A DNA stretch of 58,885 bases, filler included. It is 2 parts of 2 records of this genome, joined end to end, with 100 filler letters (N's around TTAATTAATTAA, not from the genome) between each part and the next. Parts side by side here need not be neighbours in the genome. Positions count along the whole stretch, not along the records: positions 1 to 30,301 come from SRR31156797_8688; 1 more part is not named here. The stretch is one strand, 5' to 3'. The translations under genes were made by a program, and so were the position numbers. Within the stretch, counting starts at the first letter, position 1. The number at the start of each line of letters is the position of its first letter. The notes beneath the pieces are model-generated. The model was given only the letters and a program-made list of their open reading frames with translations. It was not told where the DNA came from and did no database searches. Positions 11,033-20,473 of the stretch are shown in pieces.

Positions 11033-12289
11033 TTATGTATCCTTTCTTTTTCCAGCTCCCGGCAGTTTTAAATAAATAATAACAGTAGACAATAAGGTAA
11101 GCAAAAGAACGGTTAAAAACACTGTTTGAGCATTAAATAACTTAATAATAAGTGAGAAGATTCCTGAAGAAATAAGAATTGCCACAAAAACCATTTGGTT
11201 GTTATAAGCAATTACCGGCCCCAACTCCCTGCCTTTAACTCTATCCTGTATAAATGCATTTAATGGTATTTTAAAGAATCCGGCAAAAAACGCAAATACA
11301 ATAATCAACACTGTAAATACAGTAGCGTCAGGTTTTACCAGCAAAATAGCTAACATGGTTAAACTCATTCCCATACCTCCTATTGGAACTAAGCTCGTTT
11401 TAACTTTATGATTGGAAACTACACCTGCAACATAACAACCAACTCCAATTCCAACTGCTACCAAGGCCATAATTGAACCTGTTGCTGTGTTAGATAGTTG
11501 CAATACTTTTTCGCAATAAATGTAAAGATTCATTTGTATCATTGAACCGATCAACCAGAACATCGATAAACCCAACACGGTATAATTTAATCCGACAACT
11601 TGCTTGCACCACTTAAACCATCTAAACGGAAATAAAAATGGATTTAAAGTATCCTCTGAATCATCTTCCGGATCTGTTTCTATAGGATGAATTTTTAAAC
11701 TCGTAAACCATCCAACAAATGCCAAAAACATTAAAACCGCACTCAATACAATGGTTTCTTTTTTAGGATCACCAAGGTACTGATCTAAATCAGAAATAAA
11801 TCCACCTAAAAAAGTTCCCAATAAAACAGCTATAAAAGTAATCATCTCCATAGCTCCTGTTCCAAACGAAATTCCTTCTTTTCCTCCAATATCGCGTATA
11901 ATACCGTATTTACTGGGTGAATAAATACAACTTTGCACACCCATTAAAAACATACTTACTAACACAACATAAACATTGGATGTAAAAAAACCAGTTATCG
12001 CAATTACCATAATAGGTATCTCTGCCATTTTTGCCCATTGAATAATTTGAGCTTTGGGGTGTTCTTTGGCTAATTTTCCCGACCACGGCGAAAGAAAAAT
12101 ATAAGGTAACACCAACAATGCAGCAGCTGCTGATACCAAGGTGGCTTTACTATCCTCTCCCAACCATGCTACGCAAACAAAACCAATTAAAGTTTTTAAC
12201 AGGTTATCGTTTAAAACCCCTGCAAAGTTGGTACTAAACAACGGAAACCATTTAAATCTTTTCACAACTATCCATTTTAAGATGATCAA
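11033..12289 (-). CDS. LplT-like MFS lysophospholipid transporter
   Basis: About 12 hydrophobic segments; NDNLLK and YSPSKYGII motifs typical of the MFS domain associated with Aas; adjacent to the Aas-like gene. Confidence 0.8.
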   Translation of the reverse strand: MIILKWIVVKRFKWFPLFSTNFAGVLNDNLLKTLIGFVCVAWLGEDSKATLVSAAAALLVLPYIFLSPWSGKLAKEHPKAQIIQWAKMAEIPIMVIAITGFFTSNVYVVLVSMFLMGVQSCIYSPSKYGIIRDIGGKEGISFGTGAMEMITFIAVLLGTFLGGFISDLDQYLGDPKKETIVLSAVLMFLAFVGWFTSLKIHPIETDPEDDSEDTLNPFLFPFRWFKWCKQVVGLNYTVLGLSMFWLIGSMIQMNLYIYCEKVLQLSNTATGSIMALVAVGIGVGCYVAGVVSNHKVKTSLVPIGGMGMSLTMLAILLVKPDATVFTVLIIVFAFFAGFFKIPLNAFIQDRVKGRELGPVIAYNNQMVFVAILISSGIFSLIIKLFNAQTVFLTVLLLTLLSTVIIYLKLPGAGKRKDT

Positions 12290-12398
12290 ACATACATTTT
12301 TAAATTCACTATCGGTAAAAACATGTGTAAAGAAATTGTAATTGATTGGATTGAGAGATAAAAAATAGATGCTACGCTATGTTTCTTTATCTATTTTG

Positions 12399-12429
12399 TT
12401 GATTTTTTTGCTTAGGAATTATAGCTTTG
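12399..12429 (+). promoter_or_regulatory. Bacteroidota sigma-70 type promoter of yebC
   Basis: -7 element TAGCTTTG (12422-12429, matches TAnnTTTG) with TTG ending at 12401, 20 nt upstream. Confidence 0.5.
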
Positions 12430-12462
12430 TGCGTTTAAAAAATTGTAAGTAAATAATATATA

Positions 12463-13179
12463 ATGGGACGCGCATTTGAATATCGTAAAGCCACCAAGCT
12501 CAAAAGATGGGCAGGTATGGCAAAAACATTTACCAAGCTAGGTCGACAAATAACAATGGCTGCTAAAGAAGGTGGCCCGGAACCGGATGCTAACCCGCGC
12601 TTGCGAATGCTTATTCAAAATGCCAAGGCGGCTAACATGCCAAAAGATAATGTAGCCAGAGCAATTAAAAAAGCAACAGAAAAAAACAACGAGGACTGGA
12701 AAGAGATTGTTTACGAAGGTTATGGTCCTTTTGGAATTGCTGTTTTAGTTGAAGCAACTACAAATAACAATACCAGAACTGTTGGTGCCGTTAGAAGTTA
12801 TTTTAATAAAGCAGGAGGTTCGCTGGGAACTACTGGAAGTGTTGAGTTTTTGTTTGAGCACAAATGTCACTTTAAAGTTGCCAACAAGGAAGGTTTAGAT
12901 TTGGAAGAATTGGAATTGGAAATGATTGATGCAGGAGCCAACGAAATATTTGGGGAAGAAGGCAATATCATAATTTATGGTGAGTTTGAAAGTTATGGAT
13001 CTATTCAATCATTTTTAGAAGAAAATGATTTTGAAATCATCAGTTCTGAATTTGAAAGACTTCCTACTACAACAAAAGAATTAAGCGAGGAAGAAACTGT
13101 TGTATTTGAAAAAATGCTGGCTAAATTTGATGAAGACGAAGATGTGGCAAACGTATACCATACTGCTGCCGGGCTATAA
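12463..13179 (+). CDS. yebC: YebC/PmpR family protein
   Basis: MGRAFEYRK start typical of Bacteroidota YebC; NPRLR, NMPKDN, YEGYGP, NNNTRT motifs. Confidence 0.95.
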   Translation: MGRAFEYRKATKLKRWAGMAKTFTKLGRQITMAAKEGGPEPDANPRLRMLIQNAKAANMPKDNVARAIKKATEKNNEDWKEIVYEGYGPFGIAVLVEATTNNNTRTVGAVRSYFNKAGGSLGTTGSVEFLFEHKCHFKVANKEGLDLEELELEMIDAGANEIFGEEGNIIIYGEFESYGSIQSFLEENDFEIISSEFERLPTTTKELSEEETVVFEKMLAKFDEDEDVANVYHTAAGL

Positions 13180-13193
13180 TTCCGAAACAAAAT

Positions 13194-13237
13194 AAAAAAG
13201 AAACGCGATCCTAAAAAATTAAGATCGCGTTTTTTTT
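13194..13237. terminator. Bidirectional intrinsic terminator
   Basis: AAACGCGATC(13201-13210)/GATCGCGTTT(13223-13232) stem with A and T tracts, between convergent genes. Confidence 0.8.
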
Positions 13238-13460
13238 ATGCTTTTACCTGAGCTTGAGAACCGGCTACCATTTGTCCGCTCGGCATCATATCATCCGAAG
13301 GTTTAACTCCATGCTCTTTTTTATAGGCCATTCTTTTACATTCCATCATTCGATCGCCTTTACAATACATCGAAATAAAACCTTTACATACTAAATTCTT
13401 TGTTTCTCCATATTTTACGAAGAAACCACAGTTGCTTAAATTTTCACATTCCTTACTCAT
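13236..13460 (-). CDS. Small cysteine-rich hypothetical protein, possibly metal-binding
   Basis: 74 aa with C-x5-CxFF...C...YCxG...CKR; flanked by terminators; fills the intergenic space. Confidence 0.65.
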   Translation of the reverse strand: MSKECENLSNCGFFVKYGETKNLVCKGFISMYCKGDRMMECKRMAYKKEHGVKPSDDMMPSGQMVAGSQAQVKA

Positions 13461-13519
13461 AACAATTTATAATTTGGTAATTTTTGAACAACAAGGTAGA
13501 AAATTTAACATTTGTTTAC

Positions 13520-13552
13520 AAAAAAGCCTGTATGAATATCACACAGGCTTTT
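13520..13552 (-). terminator. Intrinsic terminator of the sulfur operon
   Basis: AAAAGCCTGT/ACAGGCTTTT stem just downstream of the stop at 13575. Confidence 0.75.
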
Positions 13553-13574
13553 ATATATCATTATATTTTATTGA

Positions 13575-14774
13575 TTAACTGCATCCTCCGGCTACACGAG
13601 TAGCCTTTTTAATAACCGGTTTATCTAAATTAGCAACAGACTCTTCTATCTCCTTTAACTTTTCCGCTGCATGTTTTCTAAATGTATACAGCTCAACGTC
13701 TTCTTTAGTACTGTAATCAGTTAATTCAGATATGTTATAATATTGCTGTTCATATTTATCAGCTGTAATATGCAAAGCAAAATTATCTGATTTACCAAAA
13801 TATTTAGAAACCATACAAGCTCTTTGTGCCTGCATCATATCATCTCCATAAAATACATTGGTTTTAATATTTTGAATAATTATACCCAGGTTTTGCTGAC
13901 TACTTAATTCCTCTAACGGAATGTTTATAGCTGTAGGAATATGAAAAGCTTTGTATGCCTCAGGAGAGCGAACATCAATTACATTATACTTGTAATATTG
14001 ATTCATAAGCTCATAAGTTAATTTATCCGCATCCATTAGCCTTGGGTTACATTCTCCAGCTGCAATTTTCTCATCAATACGTGTATTCATCACTTCCGTT
14101 TTATTTGGAGTGAGAACAACTAACAGTACAATTAAAATTGGAGTTGCAATTAAAATACTGTTCTTTATTAAAACAGGTTTAAACCATTTCGTTTCCTTAC
14201 CATTAATTCTGTTTTCAATTATTTGTGTCATCACAAAAGCTCCGGCGGCAACAATTATCATAACCAGGCCAAATCCCTCACGCGACATACCTAACTGATC
14301 AGACATTAAAACGGGTCCCCAGGATTCTGCCAAATACAAATCCTTTAGTAATGGATAACCTTCTGCAAATCCTAATATTCCAATAATACTACCTACAATA
14401 AATGCCATTCCATCCACTCTTCCTGTTGCAGCAGCACAAGCACTAGTTCCGGGACAAAAACCTCCTATTATAAAACCAAGTCCCATTATTCCTCCACCTA
14501 TAAGTGCCGACCATAAAAAGGTTGGATTAATATAGATAATACTTACATCTAGTAGATTTAAATGATTTAATACGATAACACCTACCATAGCAGTTACTCC
14601 CGCAGTGAAAAACACTCGTAAAACGGTAAAATCGTATCCGTAAAACAGACCTACTAATTTTTTTGTTGAGGCAAACCCTGCCTGTTCCAATGCAAACCCG
14701 AACCCTATTCCAATAATCAGGGCTATTATATAATTCAGTTCACCACTTATTAATTCCGGTACTAACGGTCCCAT
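13575..14774 (-). CDS. YeeE/YedE sulfur-compound transporter fused to rhodanese-like domain
   Basis: TM region with GFALEQAGF and GFCPGT; rhodanese-type IDVRS...HIPTAINIP; C-terminal GGCS. Confidence 0.85.
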   Translation of the reverse strand: MGPLVPELISGELNYIIALIIGIGFGFALEQAGFASTKKLVGLFYGYDFTVLRVFFTAGVTAMVGVIVLNHLNLLDVSIIYINPTFLWSALIGGGIMGLGFIIGGFCPGTSACAAATGRVDGMAFIVGSIIGILGFAEGYPLLKDLYLAESWGPVLMSDQLGMSREGFGLVMIIVAAGAFVMTQIIENRINGKETKWFKPVLIKNSILIATPILIVLLVVLTPNKTEVMNTRIDEKIAAGECNPRLMDADKLTYELMNQYYKYNVIDVRSPEAYKAFHIPTAINIPLEELSSQQNLGIIIQNIKTNVFYGDDMMQAQRACMVSKYFGKSDNFALHITADKYEQQYYNISELTDYSTKEDVELYTFRKHAAEKLKEIEESVANLDKPVIKKATRVAGGCS

Positions 14775-14776
14775 AA

Positions 14777-15310
14777 TTATTGTTTTTTAATCCATAAATT
14801 TCTAAAAAAATATGCGGTCATATAGGCCATTCCGAATATGGCCAACATGGTAATAATACCTCCAAACGACATGACTGCCATTCCGCTTAATGCCGAACCG
14901 GAAGTACATCCCCGTCCGAGCTGACTGCCAAATCCAAACAAAGCTCCTCCTATAATTGCGCCTACAATTCTGGTAGAATTATTTACACCATGCCCTTTTT
15001 CCAACTTTAAGCCTACTCTGTTAGAAGCAATCCCTGAGAGAAAAGCACCAATTAATACACCTAATACTTCGAAAACTAACCAAGATTTTAAAGGTCCTTC
15101 CGGGTGAGATGCATTATAATCTGCATAATACTTTGTATTTTCTGCATGATCAGGAGCAACCTTATCTACTGTCTCAATTACTACACTTTTAAATGCACCA
15201 CTGGCACCAAGACCTCTTCCGGTAATATAAATTGTTGCCAACAAAACGAATCCTAAAAAGAAACCGGCTAAATACGGATTCATATATGGCTTTGGTGATT
15301 CTTTCATCAT
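14777..15310 (-). CDS. YeeE/YedE family sulfur transporter subunit
   Basis: NPYLAG, GLGASG, GCTSGSALSG motifs; start overlaps the upstream stop (ATGA). Confidence 0.9.
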   Translation of the reverse strand: MMKESPKPYMNPYLAGFFLGFVLLATIYITGRGLGASGAFKSVVIETVDKVAPDHAENTKYYADYNASHPEGPLKSWLVFEVLGVLIGAFLSGIASNRVGLKLEKGHGVNNSTRIVGAIIGGALFGFGSQLGRGCTSGSALSGMAVMSFGGIITMLAIFGMAYMTAYFFRNLWIKKQ

Positions 15311-15963
15311 GACTTCTTATTTTCAGGTTTCTCAATATCTTCCTTTTCAACTTCTTCATCCTCATCTAACATTTCCCAACCAGTTATCATGGCCTTAATA
15401 TTTGACGTTAACGAATGCCCTGTAGTGGTCATATACACATGCACAACTATAAAAGCAATGAGTAAAAAAGCTCCTACTGTATGAGCTACAGCAATCCATT
15501 CCAAAGGAATTCCAATAGCCACTACAAGATCATTTTCATCAAATGTTTTATAATACATGTACAACAAACCCGATAAAATAACAACCGGAGCCATCACTAA
15601 CTTAAAACCTAGATAAACGACAGCTTGCAATGGATTTAGTTTTTTATGAACCGATTTAATGGTAGGATGCGGTTCACCTTTAAACATTCCGAAAGTATAA
15701 TACTGTATTTGTGCCTTTAATTTAGAAATAGTAGGAATATACTGTTTCCACTCTCCGGTAGTAAAATGCCAGAAAATACTAAAGGCAATTAAACCTAGCA
15801 ACAACCACGAGGCTGAACGATGGAATGCCACTGCTTTTTCAAAGCCAAACAAATGGATTGAATCATGAATTTCAAACCCTGTTAAGGCTAAAAATATAAT
15901 CAACGCTGCCTGACTCCAATGCCAGAAACGCTCAAATTTTTTATATATATAAACTTTTTGCAT
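15307..15963 (-). CDS. Di-heme cytochrome b membrane subunit (PhsC / Ni-hydrogenase cytochrome b family)
   Basis: ERFWHW, FHR, NPLQ, AHTVG and VHVY: four His in TM helices; NIKAMITGW. Confidence 0.9.
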   Translation of the reverse strand: MQKVYIYKKFERFWHWSQAALIIFLALTGFEIHDSIHLFGFEKAVAFHRSASWLLLGLIAFSIFWHFTTGEWKQYIPTISKLKAQIQYYTFGMFKGEPHPTIKSVHKKLNPLQAVVYLGFKLVMAPVVILSGLLYMYYKTFDENDLVVAIGIPLEWIAVAHTVGAFLLIAFIVVHVYMTTTGHSLTSNIKAMITGWEMLDEDEEVEKEDIEKPENKKS

Positions 15964-15980
15964 ATTTTTCGTTTGTCTAG

Positions 15981-17564
15981 TTAAACATCAATTTCTTCTG
16001 ATTCCACCTCATTTTTTCTTAAAGAATTGGCAAACCTGGCCAATGCATGCAGAAATACACCTATTAAGGATCCCCAGAATAATAATCCGCCAATCATATC
16101 TACCCATTTATTTCTATCTCTACCTGGCATATAAAATCCGGCTACATTAGCTAATCTTCCTTTATCTGAGGTATGACAATCCACACACTGCAGCGACTGA
16201 TCTTTGGGAGCAACCATATGGTTAACCGGCCAATACATTTCTGTTTCAATAAAATCATATTTGCCACTATAAGGAAGCCCCAACCTTTTCATTCCAGCCT
16301 CTGCAGCTAAATTCCAATCAAAATCAACCCAAAATGCACTATCTCCTTTTTCAGGCGCATATAACTTAGGTTGGATCAACATTTTATTTTCTGGATCGTA
16401 AATCTGATCTCCTCGATGCACCTTCATCGGATAAATTTTAGCATGAATGTCTTCTGCAGATCCTAACAATTTATTAATCTGAACAGGAATAGAATCGACC
16501 TTATCACCTACAATATAATGTTGCGCTGTTCCATTAAACCAGGCATATTCTGGCTCTACGTTGCGACCCCATTTAAACTCTCCCTTTATAGACAAATACG
16601 TATGGTTTCCTAAAGAATCCTCTTCATGATAAGGTTTACCATCTTTTAATCTTCCCGCTTCAGACCATTTCCAGGCCATTTTTGTTGCATTTTCTTTGGC
16701 GTAAGTTGGAATATGACAAGTTTGACAGGCAATTCTGGAATAATGACGATTTAACAAATCATCTAAGTGAGGCTTAGATGTATGACACTCTTCGCAATGT
16801 AAACGATTTACATTGGTTGAAGAAACCGAATATAACTTTCCTTTTATCTTATGATTCTCGCCTCCATGACAATCCACACAAGTCATGTTTATACCATTTT
16901 GTGCCATGTGCACATCGGTATTTCTATCACATGCAAGCAGGGCTTCTTCCAAATCTCCGTGCTTCACATTATTACCGCCTCCACTATAAAAGTGACAGCT
17001 ACCACAATTTATTTTTGATGGCCTACTAACATGCTGTGCAACCTTTGTAAGGTTTACACTGCGGTCTGGATATCCAGCCATAGCTGCTCCTTTTATGTAT
17101 TCATCACTTCCATCATGACAAACCATACAATCCACATTTCGTGCATTGTTAAAATCAAACCTGTTTCCTGTCATACCAAATCCAATATGACACTTGGCAC
17201 AGGCTTGTTCATTACTGTTTGCTCCAATACAAAAGTTATTTAATACATTTTGCTTTCCAATTTTGGCAATACCCTTGCCTTCAACATAAGCAACCCGTCC
17301 CCAGTTCCAGTGGCTGGAATGAATAATCTCTTCATGGGTTTTATTATGACAACTTAAACAGGCTTCAGTTACATCTTGAGGCGTTTCAAATTCTTGATGT
17401 AAAATTTCAAATTGAGCATGATCAACTGAAGGGATTGGACTGGTAGCAAAACTTTGCTTTAATTCATATTGCGACAAATTTATTGGTTCATTTTTATGGA
17501 AGATATTAATCCCTACCAAAATAAGAATCGTCACAACAATGGAATAAATAATTACCTTATTCAT
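15981..17564 (-). CDS. otr: Octaheme tetrathionate reductase-family c-type cytochrome
   Basis: Eight CxxCH motifs (CLSCH, CAKCH, CMVCH, CGSCH, CVDCH, CEECH, CQTCH, CVDCH); GKxNxLNNFC, GGGNNVKHGD, NHMVAPK; N- and C-terminal hydrophobic segments. Confidence 0.9.
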   Translation of the reverse strand: MNKVIIYSIVVTILILVGINIFHKNEPINLSQYELKQSFATSPIPSVDHAQFEILHQEFETPQDVTEACLSCHNKTHEEIIHSSHWNWGRVAYVEGKGIAKIGKQNVLNNFCIGANSNEQACAKCHIGFGMTGNRFDFNNARNVDCMVCHDGSDEYIKGAAMAGYPDRSVNLTKVAQHVSRPSKINCGSCHFYSGGGNNVKHGDLEEALLACDRNTDVHMAQNGINMTCVDCHGGENHKIKGKLYSVSSTNVNRLHCEECHTSKPHLDDLLNRHYSRIACQTCHIPTYAKENATKMAWKWSEAGRLKDGKPYHEEDSLGNHTYLSIKGEFKWGRNVEPEYAWFNGTAQHYIVGDKVDSIPVQINKLLGSAEDIHAKIYPMKVHRGDQIYDPENKMLIQPKLYAPEKGDSAFWVDFDWNLAAEAGMKRLGLPYSGKYDFIETEMYWPVNHMVAPKDQSLQCVDCHTSDKGRLANVAGFYMPGRDRNKWVDMIGGLLFWGSLIGVFLHALARFANSLRKNEVESEEIDV

Positions 17565-17932
17565 AGATGTTTATTTTAGTTCTACTGCTTGGGCTTATTA
17601 AAGATAAATAGTTTTACTTACATATTTTCATACGAAAAGGAAAACAAATGTATTCATTTATCTATATATTTTTATTGAGATATATTTAGATCACTATAGT
17701 TTAAATTCAATCTACATAAAAACTACTTATATCAAATTGAATATGTGCCACTTAAAATCAACAATCACCTTTTAATTCGGTAAAAAACAAAACTTATCTA
17801 TTTAATTAGAATCACTCTAAATTATTATTTAATAATAATACCAGATGGCGTAGTTCTACAATATTATCAGTATATCCAGAAGTTTCTTTATAAATCACTA
17901 CCATACACATGCTTAACTCAAAAGAAAATAAA

Positions 17933-17964
17933 TTTGACAACATTCAAATTTTCTCTTACTTTAG
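17933..17964 (+). promoter_or_regulatory. Bacteroidota promoter of the NrtR-family regulator operon
   Basis: -33 TTTG (17933-17936), 20-nt spacer, -7 TACTTTAG (one mismatch to TAnnTTTG). Confidence 0.55.
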
Positions 17965-17977
17965 CCTCAAATTACTT

Positions 17978-17994
17978 AGTGTATTTTATACACT
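17978..17994. promoter_or_regulatory. Putative NrtR-family operator
   Basis: Perfect 7-bp arms AGTGTAT-TTT-ATACACT containing the GT-N7-AC core known for NrtR-family sites, just downstream of the promoter. Confidence 0.7.
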
Positions 17995-18019
17995 TTTATA
18001 AAATTCATTTGATATAAAA

Positions 18020-18760
18020 ATGACAAATAAAGTATTAAATAACTACATTTCTGTAGACTGTGTAATATTTGGATACGATTTTGAAAAGCTGAATATCCTT
18101 CTTGTAGATAGAACACTTAAGGATGAAAACACAAAAAAAACTTTATTTAGTGATCAAACACTAACCGGTAATCACATTTTTGAAGATGAAGATATAGACG
18201 AAGCTGCCAATCGTATTCTTTTTGATTTAACAGGACTCCAAAATATATATCTGGAACAATTTAAAACTTTTGCTCACCCGGATAGATTAAACAAACCCAA
18301 CGATAGAAAATGGCTTTTACACAACGATAGAAATCCAGACACCCGCATTGCCTCCATAGCATACTTCGCCTTATTGGCAACACAAGACGTTACATTGGAA
18401 TGGAAAGGGCGCAATGTAAAGTGGGTTCCTTATCATGAAATTGGTGAATTAGGCTTTGACCACAATCAAATTGTTGAAGCGGCAATCATAGAACTTCGCA
18501 ATAAAATTAAGCATGAACCTATCGGCTTTGAATTATTACCTGACAAATTTACGCTTAGTCAACTTCAGAATGTTTATGAGATCATTCTGGATACCGAATT
18601 CGATAAAAGAAACTTCAGAAAAAAAGTTGCACGAATGAAATACCTCATCCCTTTGGATGAAAAACAAAAAGGAGTAGCTCACAAACCGGCAAGACTATAT
18701 ATGTTCAGTCGAGAGGTGTATGAAAAAACGAAAAAGGAACTATTTGACTTTTGGATATAA
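18020..18760 (+). CDS. NrtR/AraR-family Nudix-wHTH transcriptional regulator
   Basis: SVDCVIFG, degenerate Nudix box, LEQFKTF, FDHNQI, FTLSQLQNVYE, DKRNFRKK, KPARLY. Confidence 0.92.
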   Translation: MTNKVLNNYISVDCVIFGYDFEKLNILLVDRTLKDENTKKTLFSDQTLTGNHIFEDEDIDEAANRILFDLTGLQNIYLEQFKTFAHPDRLNKPNDRKWLLHNDRNPDTRIASIAYFALLATQDVTLEWKGRNVKWVPYHEIGELGFDHNQIVEAAIIELRNKIKHEPIGFELLPDKFTLSQLQNVYEIILDTEFDKRNFRKKVARMKYLIPLDEKQKGVAHKPARLYMFSREVYEKTKKELFDFWI

Positions 18761-18817
18761 AATCACTTACAACAAAATCTACTTTATTAAATCAGCATTG
18801 AAAATTAATCTACATCA

Positions 18818-20428
18818 ATGAAAGAAATTTTAACACAGAAATTAAAAATACGAGAAAAAATAGGATATGCCCTTGGAGACGGTGCTGCAAACATTGCTTG
18901 GAGAGGCGTTTCTACTTTCTTGCTATTTTTTTACACCGATGTATACGGAATAGACGCTGCAGCTGCTGGAATTTTACTTTTTGTTGCACGACTTAGTGAT
19001 GGCGTCAGCGATGTGGCCATGGGTATAGTAGGAGATAGAACCAACTCTAAATATGGAAAATTCCGTCCTTGGGTACTATGGACTGCTTTTCCGTTAGCTG
19101 CTATCTTATCCATGCTTTTTACTACACCTGATTTAGGCGAAACGGGTAAAATTGTTTATGCATATGTTACCTACATCTTGTTTACTCTAATTTATACGGC
19201 TAATAATATTCCATACGGAGCCTTAATGGCGGTGATGACCGGAGATAATAAAGAACGCACCAGCATTGGATCGTACAGAATGGTTGGTGCATTTGCCGGA
19301 GGAATGTTAGTTCAGGGTGCACTTTTGTTTCTGGTACTTCATTTCGGGAATGTAAATCCAAAAATTCAGGTAAATCAACTTGAGGCTGAGAAATTCGAAG
19401 TTGTTGTATCTACTCCTGAATTTGTTCCTAACGCCAACATTAAAACGAAAGATGGTATTGCCTTATTTACCAGGGCTAATCAAAAACCCGATACCACTAA
19501 AAAAGCAGCAAACTACATTAGTTTTACTATGGATGCTGCAAAAGAATATCACTTTATTGCTGAAGGTGAAAAAGAATTAAGCGCAGCAAAAATCAGACTA
19601 ATCGATCAAAAGAAAGGATACAGCTACTCCATCTATCTGCTATCTGTATTTCTAGCTGTTTTTATGATTATTACCTTTTACAGCACAAAGGAAAGAGTAC
19701 AACCACCTAAAACGCAGCAAAGTAATTTATCAAAAGACTTTAAAGATCTCATCAACAACAAACCCTGGCTTATATTACTTATTGTAGGTTTGTTATTTAT
19801 TATTTACAACTCCATAAAGCAAGGAATTGTAATTATATATTTCACACATTATATGCACAACCAATTATTAGCGGCTTCATTTTTAGTTGCCTTAATGATT
19901 GCTTCTATTGGAGGTGCTATGGTTACAGCTCCTTTAGGCAAAAGGTTAGGAAAAAGAAAATTATTTATTTACGCTTTAATTTTTTCCGGGGCAGTAAATG
20001 CTTTATTCATTTTCTGTAAGCCACAAGATTCTATCGCGATCTTTTCAATTGGAATTATTTCTGAATTTGCTGCAGCTATCTTCCCCACATTATTTTTTAC
20101 CATGCTTGGTGATGTAGCCGATTATTCGGAATACATAAATGGACGACGTGCTACCGGATTGGTTTACTCTGCAGGATCATTTGTCACCAAGTTTGGAGGA
20201 GGACTGGCAGGAGCCATTATTGGAATTATTTTATCAATATATAAATATGATGGAATGGATGCCAGTACTATTCCAGAAGCCATACCCGCCATTAAAATGC
20301 TGATGAGCTGGGTACCTTCTGCAGTCGCCATTTTAGCAGCGCTACTTATGACTCTCTACCCGCTAAATCAAGAGAAGCTTGATGAAATTACGCTTGAATT
20401 AAACAATAGAAGAAGCAACGAAGCATAG
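18818..20428 (+). CDS. Glycoside-pentoside-hexuronide (GPH) MFS sugar:cation symporter with an inserted soluble domain
   Basis: EKIGYALGD, DRTNSKYGKFRPW, NIPYGAL, TKERV, DVADYSEY...RATG motifs. Confidence 0.9.
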   Translation: MKEILTQKLKIREKIGYALGDGAANIAWRGVSTFLLFFYTDVYGIDAAAAGILLFVARLSDGVSDVAMGIVGDRTNSKYGKFRPWVLWTAFPLAAILSMLFTTPDLGETGKIVYAYVTYILFTLIYTANNIPYGALMAVMTGDNKERTSIGSYRMVGAFAGGMLVQGALLFLVLHFGNVNPKIQVNQLEAEKFEVVVSTPEFVPNANIKTKDGIALFTRANQKPDTTKKAANYISFTMDAAKEYHFIAEGEKELSAAKIRLIDQKKGYSYSIYLLSVFLAVFMIITFYSTKERVQPPKTQQSNLSKDFKDLINNKPWLILLIVGLLFIIYNSIKQGIVIIYFTHYMHNQLLAASFLVALMIASIGGAMVTAPLGKRLGKRKLFIYALIFSGAVNALFIFCKPQDSIAIFSIGIISEFAAAIFPTLFFTMLGDVADYSEYINGRRATGLVYSAGSFVTKFGGGLAGAIIGIILSIYKYDGMDASTIPEAIPAIKMLMSWVPSAVAILAALLMTLYPLNQEKLDEITLELNNRRSNEA

Positions 20429-20473
20429 CAATTTTTAAACTAATACAATAATCAAATATTTAAGAAGGGAAAA

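Noticed and set aside
13575-13592. Selenocysteine read-through at the GGCS C-terminus
   Set aside because: The stop codon is TAA, not TGA
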